From assembly GCA_964252035.1 (NCBI GenBank), contig OZ176201.1: 64,000 bases of DNA; one strand, 5' to 3'. This document shows, in pieces, positions 23,501 through 37,671 of this stretch. Within the stretch, counting starts at the first letter, position 1. Each line of letters begins with the position of its first letter. The position numbers were made by a program, and so were the translations under genes. Source of the stretch: Podarcis erhardii (Eukaryota). Under the pieces are notes generated by a model. It saw only the letters and a list, made by a program, of their open reading frames with translations. It had not been told where the DNA came from and ran no database searches.

Positions 23501-26500
23501 AGAAGAGGTTGATGGCAATGTAGGTTGTGCTATATCAGTAGGGGGCATCAATTAATTCAGTAATCATAGTGGCAAATACACCATCTGTGATGCATCATTT
23601 ATGTGAAATCTACTAGTGTTCATTGAGATTCCATTTCTTCTGACAAATGTCTCATGAGGGGAGGAAATGGACAAACTCTGCTTGGGGCACCATTATCAGT
23701 GCTCCTTTCATTTCTAGTTCTGAATTATCTTGATGTTAATTCAGTTTAGAGTGATTATCTGAGACATGTGGACACTCTCTACTTACTATTTGATTTGCCA
23801 TCCACAACTTGCTACCCACTGGTGAGAATCTACTTTGCAGTTTAGCTTTTCAGGTAAAAATCATTTATTCTGTGGACTTGGTCACACATTACCCAAAATA
23901 CATATTTTCTGTAGCATTACAGTATTATATCTATATCCTGCCTTTTTCCCCATGGTGGAACACAAGGAGAACATGCATGTGGTTGGCCACTATGAATGAG
24001 AACAGGATTGCTGAACCACATAAGCCTTTGGTCTGATCCAGCAGGGCTTGTGAAACACTTGCCTGTGAGCCTCAGTCAGTATGTTGGCATAGTTACTTCT
24101 GTGAAACATTAAGGAAAATAACTGGTTGATGTCCTGTGGAAACCCAGAGATGCATTTCTTTTGTAGTGGGTGATATGCATTGACTAACACAAGCACTTTT
24201 CACAGCAGGTCATGCTTGCTTACAGTTCTTTACCTGCAACCTCCCGTATGTAGATTTGGTGGAAGGCATGAAATAACTTAGGTGCATACTCTGCAGTCTT
24301 TGTAAACACAGGAAATAACTTTTGCGTAGCCAAGGCCTCTGTGTTGCCTGTCTCCATAAGAGAGATGCCTAATTTGTGAAACAAACTCCTGCCCTGGGTG
24401 TGGTTCCCTCCTTAGTTAACTGAGGACTAGCTGGAACCTTAGTCTTGCCCATCTGCTATGTGGAGTTGCTGTTCCATTGTTCATGAATAAATACAACTAC
24501 TGACGTTATCCTGGCTCCTGCTGCTTCTTAATATCCTTCCCAAACTTATGGGATATTATAGTCTCCATGGCATGGATGGAGCATTTGCTCACACAGGGCA
24601 TGTATTCTCTTTCACATCTATTACTGAATGTGCATATATAGGACACAATTCCACTTCCCCTGTATGTACTTTCCAATGAATCTGTGGACAGCTCAAAATA
24701 ACCCTAGTTAAAATTCTATGGCCTGTCTTATTTTATGAATTCAGATAGAATCAGTGCTACTCAATAAAATGCCCTCAACTTTCTTCCTGCAGAAAATTGA
24801 CATTTTCTTTTCTTTTTTTAAAGCAGCAGCTAATTAAAGTGAGCTTGCAAACTGCTCCAGAACATTCAATGGGGAATATCTAATGTATTTGGCATCTGTA
24901 TAAATAAGTCAAGTGAGCTACAATGAATTCATTATTTTCTGAAATTTTTATTGTTGAGGCTGAGCTGGGAAATAGTAGCAAGCAAGTATTTTGTTGTAGG
25001 CAAATGATTTGAAGTTATCTAGCACTGGGCAGAACATAACACCCACATGTTCATTTTTTCTGATTATGCATTGATAGCAGTGCTTTTAGTTTATTTACAT
25101 AATGTATTTGTGTAATCACTGAAATGCCTGGGAAAATCCAGACAAATGTATGGCAATAACTTTTGTGTCTGGATTTTCTCTTTTTGAAATACGGCAACCC
25201 TACCTGGAACACAACTGCTCTGTCTTCTGCTATGTGTTATACATATTTCCTAAGGATCTCAGGTTGTCTTACTTTATCTTCACAACAATCATGTGAATTG
25301 GGCTTATTTTATTCACACAGACACCTGCCTCTCTTCATTTTAAAAAAGGACTCCCAGGTTAAGCTGAAAGATGACATGCCCAGCTTCATGGCTGAGCAGG
25401 GATGTGAAATTTGACGTTTGGCCCAATCTGACTCTCACGTTAAGGTTCATATTATTTCAGGTGAAATGACATCAGTGCTGAGCTATTTTTAAATTAATCT
25501 TAACAATTTTAGGTTCCCTACAATCCAAAGAGAAGCATCCATTTTTGAAAAGTGTTGCTTCCACTTACGTAATTAAAGAGCTATTACATGGCTGTATTCA
25601 AATAAATAATTCTTATTCTTGTTGTCCTTACTGCAATGCCTCTATTTTCACAACAGCTGTGAGCCTGAGCAGTAGCAGTATCCCCACTTTGTATTTTTAA
25701 TTCAGTAGAATGGAGAGTTACCCAGTGACCTGGTTATGGGCATGCATGGACTCTATGTCAAAGCCAGTAATTTAACTTGACCCTTTTAAATTCTAGTACA
25801 CAACTTTTAACACAAAAACAATAGCAAAGGTTGTTTATCTGATTTGGTAGCATGTTTCTTGGTTTGGTACAGGGTTTCACAACTTTAGTGTAAAGGCTTA
25901 AGAGGGGAGCAAAGAAAGGGACAAGTACGACTGCAAAGCGTTGTTCTGTGAAGGAGGAGAGGGGAACAGCATCCTCTTCCATTTCTTTTTTGGAAACTTG
26001 TGTGGGTCTTTTTGATCGGTTGGAGTAGCTGAAGCCTCTGCAAAGCTCAGCTGGTTACAGCTGACAGAGGAGGCATGGCGCAAAGTCTCACAACATTGCC
26101 AGTTGTCATAAATCTGCAACATTTCTCCCTTCTATGTTATGCACGTCAACACATTGTACAAACAATAGAGCTTTTATTGAAGTCCTGTAAATGTCATTGC
26201 ATCCAGTTGGATGACTTGCAGCTCATGAATTAAGTGTCTCATTATGGTACTATGCATATGCTTTTGAACTTCAAAGTATTTGGAGTTAATACTATATAGC
26301 ATGCTGTACTAGCACAGGCTTCTGTTAGAGATATGAACCCACCTCTGGCTGCTTGCGGTGATTGGCAACATCTTAACCTGTGCCTGTGTGATCCCAGCTT
26401 TCTTCCCTCATTTCTGCACCTGCTGGGATACTAGAGAAGAGAAATGGAGGAAAGAAAGGATAATGGAGGGTCTCGGTGTGACTGTTGCACAGAGGAAAAA

Positions 26501-26959
26501 GGAGTAAGTAACTACAAACTCTAGAAATTGTGAAGGAGGAAATGCTTTTACTGATCTTTTTCCAGTTTATTAATGCAGGCATTGGCACTTGACACTGGAA
26601 GTGGCTGCCTTATGTTGGAACGCTCGTTGTGTGTTTGGTCCCTCACCTGCTTCCTTCTAAGATAACAGTTGCTACTTCTTTAATGCCTCAAGCACAGGAG
26701 TTTTGATAACAAGCAATTTCTCAAAAACCAATGGATGAAAAACTCTTCTGTTCTCAGGAACAGTTTCCTTATAGGTGAAGTGAAAAGAAATGGCAGAGCG
26801 CTCAAATACTTAGAAGTGTCAACTATCAATTATTTATGGGACAACGGAAACTGTATTTTGAATACCTGGGTCAGAACATCATCACAAACCACAGTGATGT
26901 GCTGGTATTGCAAGGACATTGCTCTAGTGATGTAGCTAGGTGTGGCAGCATAAATGTTT

Positions 26960-27848
26960 AGGATAACAGAATAAACAATGCAAGGAGGGAGCTGCAGCCC
27001 AAGATAGAAAAGAGGTGGTCAGAGAACACCTAGCTACCTTAAATGAATTCAAAACTCCAGGGTCTGAAGATATGCACTCAAGGGTACTGAATGAGTTTGT
27101 GGATATAATCTCAGCCTCTGTCTATAGTCTTTGAGAATTCTTGGAGAACAGATGAGGTCCCTGCAGACTGGAAGTGGGCAAATGTTGTCCACATATTCAA
27201 AAAAGGGAAAATAGAAGACCCAGGTATGTACTGACCAGTGAGCTTGACATTGATACTAGGAAAGGTCCTAGAACAGATAAATAAACAGTGAGTCTGAGAG
27301 CATTTAGAAAAGGATGCTGTGATTACTAAGACCCAGCATGGATTTCTCAAAAACAAGTGATCGCATTTCTGTTTTCTATAAAATCACAAGTTTTGTGGCT
27401 CAGGGGAATGCTGTGGATGTAGTGCATCTTGATTTGAGCAAGGCTTTTGACAAGGTCCTCCATGATATTCTTGTGGAGAAGCTGATAAAATGTGGTCTGG
27501 GTGAAGTTACTGTTAGGTGGATTTGTAGCTGGTTGACTGACCCAACCCAAAACAAATGGTCCCTCATCCTGGAAAAATGAGACAAGCGGGGTGCCACAGA
27601 GTTCTGTCCTAGGCCTGTTGTTGTTCAACATCTGTATAAATGACTTGGATGAAGGAATTGAGGGGATACTCATCAAATTTGCAGGTGACACCAAAATGGG
27701 TGGGGTAGCTAGTTCCACAGAAGACTGAATCAGGATTCAATATCACCTTAATAGATTGGAGAACTGGACCCAAACTAACAAAATTAGTTTCAACAGGGAC
27801 AAATGTAAGGTTCTACACTTAGGCAGGAAGAACCAGCTGCACCAATAT
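26960..27848 (+). mobile_element. Degraded CR1 RT fragment
   Basis: REHLATLNEFKTPG ... VPADWKWANVVHIFKKGK ... QHGFLKN ... VVHLDLSKAFDKVLHDILVEKL ... VPQSSVLG ... IKFAGDTK, with stops and frameshifts. Confidence 0.92.
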
Positions 27849-27850
27849 CA

Positions 27851-27851
<1 letters not shown>

Positions 27852-27899
<48 letters not shown>
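27852..27899. repeat. (GTT)16 microsatellite
   Basis: Direct reading. Confidence 0.97.
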
Positions 27900-27931
27900 A
27901 ATTTCAGATCCCTAACATTCTATAAGTATTA

Positions 27932-28283
27932 GGACGTGGGTGGCCCTGTGGTCTAAACCACTGAACCTCTTGGACTTGCCAATCAGAAGGTCAGTGGTTT
28001 GAATTGAATCGGAGTGAGCTCCAGTTGCTCTGTCCCAGATCCTGCCAACATAGCAGTTTAAAAGCGCGCCAGTGCAAGTAGATAAATAGGTACCAATGTG
28101 GTAAAAAGGATAACAGTGTTTCCATGTGCTCTGGCTTCTGTCACAGTGTTCCATTGCACCACAAGTGGTTTAGTCATGCTGGCCACATCACTCAGAAAGC
28201 TGTCTGAGGACAAAACGCTGGCTCTTGCAGCCTGAAGCCTTTGACTGGACTTAACCATCCAGGGGTCCTTTACCTTTACCTTT
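27932..28283 (+). mobile_element. Sauria SINE
   Basis: GGACGTGGGTGGCCCTGTGGTCTAAACCACTG head, GTGCAAGTAGATAAATAGGTACC core, (ACCTTT)n tail. Confidence 0.93.
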
Positions 28284-31200
28284 CTGCAAGTATTGTGACA
28301 ATCAAAGGTCCCATTCTGTTCTGAAACGAGATGGAAAATCCAGTTTTCACTAAAAGTGCCAATCTTTAAATTTTGCTGACAAGAAGTTCATCATTTTCAC
28401 AGCAAGGATGTTTAGCAGATGCACGTACATGATAGATGATGATGACCATCAAATAAAACAATGTTCTGCCCAGCACTTCCCTTGCTTCTAACAGTCGGGA
28501 AATAACTTGACTATCAATATAATATCCGGGTCCATTTTCTATCCATTGCTTTTGTTCAAGAAGAGGAAGTTGATAAATTCTCCTCATTGTCAGTGCAAAT
28601 CTGCAGTCAACTGAAATTCTGAGTGATAAATTATAGATGAGTGTACCTGAGGGGGCTGAGATGACTGCTATCAGATCTGTGTGATGTTAGACTTTGAAAG
28701 GGATGCCTGGAGAAAAGGAAGTCTTTAATAATTAACAAACCTGTATACGGGGATGGGGAGGCAGCCTTGGCCTACATACTGCAAGCATTTTCCTTTATGT
28801 CAAAAAGGCAGTAGGCAGTGTATGGTAATTGCAAGTCACACACGCCAGAGGAGGCTGGAGTGCTCTTGTGTAAATACTCAAGCATTGTTTTGTACTCTCT
28901 TCTGATATGAGGGCTGCACTCCACACTAGCTTTTCCTCCACTATGAAGAGGTGCAGTTCATGCGAGGTGACGGATGAATTGAGTAGCTTCACTAGACCCC
29001 AAGGCTCATGTTTTATTGTTGTTATATTATCTACAGCACATTACATTGATGCTGGAATGAAGTATTTGACCCGAGTCACTATTTTGATGCACCTTTCTGG
29101 GAAGAATCACAATGTGCTCTTCCCATTGCTAGTATGAAAATCTCTGAGGTAGCTAAGTGTGTCAATCATGTCATTACAGTACATTCATCTGAGCTTTTAG
29201 AATGTACTTGGGATTGTTTGTTGCAAAATGACAAGCATTATTTTACACATAATATAGAGCATGGCTGGTGATGAAAATGAGTAGCCAAATAATAAACTTT
29301 CACTCAAGATTTGTTGTTGGACTGACAGTATAATCTGCCTAAAGTGAAATGCAGATAATTTCTGGTGTGTGTGCAGATAATTTCTGGTGTGTCTCCCTTA
29401 AGCAGAATGATTTACATATTGGAGGGTGAGAGTTTATTAGAATATGCTTCAAGTTCTGTAGTTTCAGGCTCTTCTTGTGCCTACAAGCCTCACTGGGTCT
29501 TTCTGGTGGTCTAACGGTGCAACAGTGCCATTAACACTTGCCATCTCTTTGAGCAATCAGCAAAAGATTTGGTCTTTGTGATGTGGATCAGGTCCATCTT
29601 GCCACCTCTCTAGATTATCCTGAGGATGAGGGTGGGTGGAAGGAATAATAGGACTTGAACAGGGTTTTTTAGTTCTGTGCAGGCAACAGCCTCACTTCTT
29701 GCAAAGCCCATGCACATATAGAAACATAGAGAAACTACATATGAAAAGGAGAGTTATAACAGTACAGTTCCACTTGCCTTTGACACTGCTCATATCTTGG
29801 TCTAAACCAGAGACCAGTGAATAAACCCCATCTTGATTTGGATTAGAGATTTGTTCATAGCCCACCCACCCCCCCAGCTTCCCAAAACTATCCCTTCTGT
29901 GATCCTCCAAATTCCTTTACCGGGTGGCTGTTGGGTGGTTGCTGCAGCTGCTTGAAACTCTTTTAGCACCAGTGCTGATCTTTCTGCTTCCCACTCTACA
30001 TCTGCTGCTGAAGCAGCAGTTCGTATTTGGTGTCGATGTAAGGAAAGGAGGAAGGGATTGCAGCTTGGAATTAAATGTGAGCCACAGAAAAACTCAGAGG
30101 CCATTTTGAAGACTGGGCTAATATTCTGAGCCAAGGAATTATGGATCTCACTGAGGTTTCTGTTCTAAACCAAATGTTATGGAGGACTATGCAGTTGTTC
30201 TCACTGTGTATTTATCCCACAGCAGGTGCGGAACAAATAACTGAAAGCTCCTACATACACCCAGAGCTGGCACAGTGATTAGGTGGCGTGAGACCGGTGC
30301 CCCGCCTGCCCTGCACCAATCTTGCCCGAGATCTTATGCAGTGCATGAGATCTCACCCAAAATAAGCCAAGATGTTGCCTGAAATGGGCACCAATGCCGG
30401 TGCCACTTCTCCATAGGTAGCACGAGTGGCAGCAACTAGGAAGAGCAGCACTTCTTGTTTCACCTCAAGCGGCGAAATGGGAGATGCTGCTGATGGCTAC
30501 ATCCCGTCTCCCTGATAAACATTTTTCTGAGTTGGGTATGTAGAAACATTCAGTCGTGTGTGCCTCTTCCTGCAGCTGGAAGTGGACAGACCAGACAAAG
30601 GTGAGAACTAGCCCTTTGATTCACGTGGACCTTGGTTTTGACTTCTGTATCGGTATGGTGAAGAATTATGCTGGAAAACAATGGACGGTGCTGTTTTTCC
30701 TACAGATTCTGTTCTTCTGCAGATGATTTATGATTTTGAATTACTTGGGCAAGGTGAAATTGCTCTTTAGGCTTTTACGTTACATTTTGCTCATCAGTTT
30801 TTATTCCTCCAGTTCCACATACACAGCAGTGTTCTTATATTTCACATTCTGATGAATGCTCAGTTCCTGATTCCCATAATAGCATACCTGCTAGGGAAGG
30901 ACATCTTCTTAATCATTATATTTAGTTGGGTGGGGAGAAGGTGTTTAAAAATAAAAGATAATTACCTATGTAGAAAATGGTCCCACAAAATTGCTGGTAA
31001 AGCCTTATGCTAATATACATTTTATATAAATTGATAGTCTACAATATTCTGAAAAGTAGTAGTAGTTTGATCACAATTTGCTATGTAGATTGTGGAAATT
31101 AGATTTTTAAAAAAATAATAATTATAACAGCAGGTCAATTGCAGGTTAGCTTGGCTATGGATATGTTAAGTATTCTCAACATTTGTATAGAATTCTGTGC

Positions 31201-31564
31201 CAGAAGGCTGTAGTTGGATGCAGAGTCTAACCCTAGAATCATTTGGTAGGCAGCTGGAAAAAGCTTATACTATTGGGCACCCAGCTCTTGGTAGAGATTT
31301 TCACTGGTCTATATAGTATAATCCCCCCCCCCCCATTTATTAGCTAAGACTTTCTTTCCCCTTGTTTTCTGTGGTTTGCTTTTATCTGAACTTTTATATG
31401 TTGGAGTTTTCTGCTGAAACCCATTCTAAAAATTTAATGCCTATTGAAATGTTTGTCATTGAAATTTTGGTGATTTACCAGGGGAAGGTAAAATTCACTC
31501 CAATGCTGAGGGGGACAAAACCTTCCAGCAAATTTCAAAGGAGGAGAGGGGGCAGATCCGCCCT

Positions 31565-31694
31565 CCAAGGATTGTGCTACTGCTGCTGCAGCAGCAGCAG
31601 GTGATGCATTCCTTGGAGGCTGGAACTGCTGCTGCTACAGATCCTGCTGCCTGAGGCAGTGACCTCTCCTTGCCTCATGGGTGGGCTGGCCCTG
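31565..31694 (-). mobile_element. Partial hAT (Tip100-like) MITE, same family as 59550-59964
   Basis: Reverse complement CAGGGCCAGCCCACCCATGAGGC...GCCTCCAAGGAATGC aligns to the start of the 59550 copy; other end not found. Confidence 0.7.
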
Positions 31695-32054
31695 TGAAAG
31701 GGTGTTATCTAGTGGTGCAATTTTCAGCACAAGTTAAAACATTTTAGTATTCATTTAGAAGTAGATATGTTTCAGCTCTCTAGATCAATAAGTGTTGGTA
31801 TTAACATACTCTTAAGGATCTAGTTACAATATGATTTTTTTCTGGAATAACAGGGTTATTGCATTCAACATCTATTCTACTCAGAGTAGAGCCACTGAAA
31901 TTAATGGAGAGGACTAATATAGGTCCATTACGTCCAGTGTGTCTACTCCGAGTACAACTGGCTGGAGAAAGAAAGCCCACAATTTTCAAACCCCTGATTT
32001 GTTGACGAATAAGGGCGAATCACTTATGGAAGCAAATTCTTTATATATTTATTA

Positions 32055-32245
32055 CATAGGATCATAGGCAGCTGCCTTATACTGAGCCAGACTATTGGTC
32101 CATCTAGCTTGGTATTGTCTATACCTGACTGGCAGCAGCTGTCCAGAGTTTCAAGAAGGGGACATATATCACCCCAACCCCAAAATGCTGCAGACTGAAC
32201 TTGGAGACTTTTTAAGATGTTCCATTGCTGAGCTACAGCCCTTCC
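32055..32245 (-). mobile_element. tRNA-derived SINE with CR1-like tail (Squam3-like)
   Basis: Minus strand GGAAGGGCTGTAGCTCAGCAATGG head; tail GGACCAATAGTCTGGCTCAGTATAAGGCAGCTGCCTATGATCCTATG. Confidence 0.75.
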
Positions 32246-34188
32246 TCAAATGTATATTTATCCTGTAAGAAGCTGTGGTATTGCACTCAGTGTAACCAGC
32301 CCCTTAACATCTTAACAATCCCATGAGGGAGGTTAATGAGAAGTAGTGGACTGGTTACAAAAGTTACTAATCAGTGTTAGTAGTGGACCAGCACCAAACT
32401 TATAGCTGTGGAGGGATTTCAACTCAGCTTCTTTTAGCCAGACAACCTAACTGCTACGTAATGCTGAGAGAGTCAACAAGGCCTTGCAAAAAAAAGAAAA
32501 TAAAAGAAAATAGCAGGCTTTGATGCATCCCTCTGCTGTCTCGGAATAAAAGGAATGTGCAAAAACTAGCCAGCGCTGCTATCTTTGACAGATACAGCTT
32601 ATTGTTCCACAGAAACTCATGGTGATCGACTGTGATTGACATAAAAGAATAAACAAGGGAATGTGGCTAAATCATCCTAGATTACCCCCCCCCTTTATAC
32701 ACTTGGGGTTGTTATTTCAAGACACAGCGTTGCTCTTAGTGTTCAGCGAAGCTCCCAGTTAAGAACCCAGCAAATTAATCTAAGAAATTTCACTTCTCCT
32801 TCTTTATTAAAAGATGTAATTTGTAAAGATAATCAAATAGCAAAGGAAGTTAATGCAGGGCTGATGACTTAACAATACTCCTCCCACTTTACAGAATAGC
32901 CTTTTATTTAATTAAGACTCTCCAGGAGGCTGACGCTTTCCTCTTGCTGAGAAAACAGCTGTGCAGCAAAGATGAATCCTCCCAAGAGCTAAATGTATCT
33001 ATAACTGCTGTGAATCTAGACAGAACAGTGGCAAAGATTCCCTTTGTTTTGCTAAGAAAGCAGCCTGATTACCTTTGCAGCAATTTTCTCAGAGCATTGG
33101 AATTTTTATTTTAATTGCTTCTCTTTCCTTAGGCTGTTTTTGTTTTGATTTTTAGAAAAGCATATAATACCCTGTTCAGGCTGTGTTGACAGAGGTGTTC
33201 CTGGGGATATTTGGTTCAAAAAAGGGTGGAAACTACTTATGTGCTAGTTAGAATGTGGACAAAACAAATGCCTTCTAGCATTTTTTAAAAAAGTACCCAT
33301 CACAGAATTTTCTCATCTTGTTAACAAATGTAAAGTATTGCAGGATTGAGGCTAAATGAAAACAAGGATAGGATTAGATTCAGAACACCCTTATATTAAA
33401 GGAGCTTCCTTGTTTCTAAATCTCCTTCGCTGTGCACTAGACCACAGCATCTCTATGGCATAGAATCAAAGTTGGAAGGAGCAAAAGAGCATCTGCTTCA
33501 ATGCTTACCTTGAAGGTAGGGTGATCCATTCACCGAATCTTTCTACCCTAAACGTACAACAGCGTGCCTACCATAAATTGAGAGAATCTCCATATAGCAA
33601 AAAGCTCCATGCAATGCAAACAATTAAACCAAATCCCAATGCTACATCTCTACCTCATCCCCAAATCACTACTTAATGATTCTTTCATGATCTAGAGAAC
33701 ACCATAGATTTTTTAAAAAATTCTGTTTTCTAAAGCATTTCTGCCTATGATCTGGCCGCCATAATGGCAGGACTGCCTTTAATCTACAAAAAGGTTTGTA
33801 GAACTGAATTTATGAAAGTTGCAATCATTATGTATGCCATTTATATATTTCCTGTATACTGGAATCCACTGGATGGTCTGCAGACTCTATTGTATAAAAT
33901 ACAATACAAAATTTACGGTAAGTGATTAAGAACACCTATGCTCCCCAATAATCCTCCAGCACTGTCTCCTGGAACAGACCTTATAGTTAGGAGTGGAAGC
34001 TTTGTAACACAGTACCTCCAGCCTTCAACCCAGGTAGTTTATCCATGACAAATGGTATCAAAAGGCACTGAGGTTCAAGAAGATCACCAGGGCCCCACTT
34101 TGTCGCTCTTGGCAGATATCTCACAGGAAAACAAAGACAGTTTCTGTTCCAAAACCAGGTCTAAAGCCCAACTGAAATGCTTCTAGAG

Positions 34189-34647
34189 CAGAGGTTCCCA
34201 AACCACCCACTTTTCAGGAAAAAAAACTCAGCGCCCCCCTGGGCTCGGTCCTATCCACTCCAGGGGCAGGGCCAGAGCCACAGCCCGCCTGCCATTGGCC
34301 AAATAGATAAGCAAGCTGTAATCCACTTCCCAGGCCTGGGTGAAGCTAACAAAGGTTCACCCAAGACCAGGAAAACCCTTACCTCCAGCATGACTGCCGG
34401 ATCCAGAGGAGGCATTGTCACCATCCTGCAACAGCGCCCGACCTGGCGATCAGAATAATTACATCACAGAGGAAACATGTACGAACGGTTTTTCAGAATT
34501 TTCTTCTCTTCTTTATGCTTCTACCACCCCCTTATTTTTATTCAGCGCCCACCCACCCCCAATTGTATCTGAACTGACTAACATCCCCCCCCCCGGATCA
34601 TTCCAGTGTTCCCCAGGAGTCGTTATCGCCCACTTGGGGAAACACCG
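34189..34647 (+). mobile_element. hAT (Charlie-like) non-autonomous element, 459 bp
   Basis: CAGAGGTTCCCAAA ... TTGGGGAAACACCG termini; 8-bp TSD TTCTAGAG / ATCTAGAC matching the nTCTAGAn preference. Confidence 0.85.
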
Positions 34648-34877
34648 ATCTAGACCATCAGTATCATACAGGAATACCTGCAACATGCTAGCATCCAAAA
34701 TGTTTTAGAATTTTTGCCATAGTGAAGTTGTAACATCACAGTTTAAAGTTTGAAAGCTAAGGTAATATTTACAGGTTGTCACTGAATTCCTTAATATTCA
34801 GTGAATTACAAGAACACAAGAGGCAGTTCTATATAATACTTAGCATTTGTGGATTCAAATTTGACATTCTCCTCAGG

Positions 34878-35580
34878 CGTTTGTGTGTTCAGACCCAGAA
34901 ACCTTCCCCCTAAATAAATTCACACTTGACTCAAATTTTGGTTTTGGTTTTTGGCAGAATTTAGGCCACAACTTTATTGATTACAGAAAGTGAATGCTTA
35001 CATAGGCTCTGGTTCAACTAGCTCCCTGCCAGCATAGGTCAGCCAAGGGTGAACACCCGGATAAGCGGAAATCCAGGCTATCTCCAGGCTATCTCCACCA
35101 CCCAAATGTCTCCCTGGACTCAGGCACGGGCACAACCCCCTCTCAGGGGTTGACCAAACCATCGAGTCCCTGGATTCCTTTAACAGAATACCCTTCACAT
35201 AGGGATGGCGAGAGTGTTCTCCCATCCCTATCACCTGAAGCAGAGCCTATCTGCAACCTTACAAGTTGTGACGATTTGCTACGTGGCAGGCGAAACCCAA
35301 ATGGCACCAGCCAAGCGGAGAAAATTCCTGTCGTGCCCCTGTCCCAACGACAGACGACACACGACAGCATAGCAAGGTCAAGTGCAAAACCCTAAAAGTA
35401 GGGAGAGGTGGGCGGGTGTTCCGAATGCATGCACCGAAAGAGGAAGCTCTGGGTCATGTGCATGGGTATAAATAGGTCCCTCGAACCGTTTTGACTGTGT
35501 CCCATTGGCCAGATTGCACCCAGCTACGAGGGACCTACCAGTCGGGTGTTGTGGCTGACCAAACGTACCTACCCACAACA
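34878..35580 (-). mobile_element. Solo LTR (703 bp), 4-bp TSD CAGG
   Basis: CAGG at 34874-34877 and 35581-35584; termini (C)GTTTGTG ... CACAACA; minus-strand CCAAT (~35505), TATA-like motif (35467-35474) and AATAAA (34973-34978); related to 61113-61894. Confidence 0.82.
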
Positions 35581-35910
35581 CAGGGTGGTGGTTTCCAGGT
35601 CTCACCGGAATACATGCCCTCTTTAAGGGAGGACCCGATTTACTAAGAGTTGCAAGGATTCTGCAAATAACTGCTTAGATGAATTATCAGCTTGTGTTAG
35701 CAGTGTGAGGAAGTTGTCATAGAAAGTCATGTCACCTTCCAGTGATTGCCACTTTCAAACATGCCCCACTCTGCAGTCTTACATGGGTGCCTTATTTGAC
35801 ATTGCACTGCTCGAATAAGTAGGCCAACAAAATGTGTGATTATTTGTGTATATCCTGGCTCAGATGAGGTATGAACCAGTTCTAACAAATCTTATGGCAA
35901 TGGTCTAGAA

Positions 35911-36112
35911 CAGAGGTGAGAGGCCTGTGGCCCTCCAGAGGTTGTGAAAATGCTTTTTTAAAAAAATCATTTTGAAAAATGCATTGAATTTGCTATAGCT
36001 CACAGTTGCCATCTATTGTCAGAATTGTATGTTGCACTTTACAACACATTCAAATCGTTTTATTTGCAGATGTATAGCTAAGTCCTTGGAATGCCACAAG
36101 TTCCCCATCCCA
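35911..36112 (+). mobile_element. hAT-like MITE, right end decayed
   Basis: GTCTAGAA|CAGAGGTG...TGTGGCCCTCCAG left end; AAGTTCCCCATCCC right end; no right TSD. Confidence 0.55.
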
Positions 36113-37384
36113 AGCTTCGTTGGTTGGTTCCCTGTTAGGCACATTCATTTCTGCACCTGTGCTTGCTTTCCTGTTCTTTTAAATATTAGGTAACTCTCTG
36201 CACAGGTCTCCATTATAATCACTGATTCCCCAATATAGACAATACAGGTATCGCTGCATATGCAGAAGTCTGGGTGTGAATGAGCATCCTTTCATTCAAC
36301 CAGGAGCCATGATTTATCAACAGATGCGAACAAAGAAGGCCCACTAAGCTAATGTGATTTTAGAAAGAAAAATAATCCAGGGAGCAATAGGCTTAAATGT
36401 GTATCCGAGACTCAAAATGAAAGAAGAGCAAAAAGTTCAGCCAAAATATCTGCATATAATAAAACAAATCCACTTAAATCAGGGTTGTTGAATCCATACA
36501 TTTAGTTTAATAAGCTGGCATTTGTAATTACAAAGATTAACCAAGCATCATCCTATTATATACTCTTCATAATTAATATGAATTCTCCTGCATTTTATTA
36601 AATTATAATGCACTCTGATTTATACAAGTTATGTGACAGGTATGTGGTAGATAAAGCAAATTGTCTTAGTGTTCATGTAATTGCCATCTAATTATTAGTT
36701 TTCCATTTATTGCAGAAAAATGCCATGAAATCATGCTACATATTTCTATTTTTGTATTAGGTACCAATTTTAATATGCCCCAAATTATGTAAAATTATGT
36801 GCATCCCATAACTATTATTGTTTAGTCACATACTTTTTGAGGAGAACAGAACATCCTGTGCTCTGCTTAAAACATTTGGGAGTATTTTTTGAAAAATTTG
36901 TTATTACTTCAAAGATAATGATTTATTTATAGAGAAGTCTTTTAGATCTGCAGTAAGATACTGAATTTTTAAAGCAGGGTATGTATCAGAAGTTAAATAA
37001 TTAAGCTCAATGCCACTTCAGCATTTTATTTAAAATATTAAATATTGTATAAGGTATTTTTCCAAAAATAAGTCAAACATTTACAGTGAGACTGGATTCA
37101 TCCAGAAAATTCATGAGTTAATATTATACATCTGGTCTGGAACCCACTAAGTATAGCGGATAGGATAGAGATTTGTAATGGAAACTAGAAGTACTAAGTT
37201 CATATTCCACTTAGCCATTTTGTAAACTTGAGCAAGATGCTGGTTGTCACCCAATGTGTCTTCTGTAAATGGGAACAACCAAAGTTTACTTTCTTGGGTG
37301 GCTGTGAGGTAGCAATAGCTGACAAGTTGGTGTGTACAGTAATAGCAGCCGCTGCCCTTAATTTGCAACCAGGCAAGAGGTTCT

Positions 37385-37545
37385 GTGTCTTGGAAGCTGT
37401 GACTGGATGGCTGCATGGGAGCCGGATGAAGTTAAATCCTTCAAAGACAGAGGTCCTCTGGCTGGGTTGGGATGACATGGGGTTGGGGGGGAGCAATTCC
37501 CATCTCTTGCGGGGGCTCAATTAGTGCCAGTGCCTTCTGTCAAGA
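37385..37545 (+). mobile_element. L2 RT fragment
   Basis: LEAVTGWLHGSRMKLNPSKTEVLWLG. Confidence 0.8.
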
Positions 37546-37671
37546 TAGTTTATAATATTTTTATTATCAGATAAAAGTTTAAAAATGGAAGCATCATCTA
37601 TCATGTATATGCTATTCAAGTAGATTTTATAATGTGCATTTCAAGACACCCTTTCCCTCTGGTGGTCACCA

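Noticed and set aside
24050-24535. Possible plus-strand solo LTR (TG start, AATAAA near the end)
   Set aside because: No CA terminus or TSD, and no second copy to confirm.
29350-29392. 22-bp tandem duplication (and a 10-bp one near 5925)
   Set aside because: Ordinary slippage duplications, not an array; no CRISPR-like structure anywhere in the window.
34228-34245. CTCF-like CAGCGCCCCCCTGG; also CCACCAGAGGG in the 37.6/38.1-kb palindrome
   Set aside because: One extra G in the first and a missing GCGC tail in the second; weak matches.
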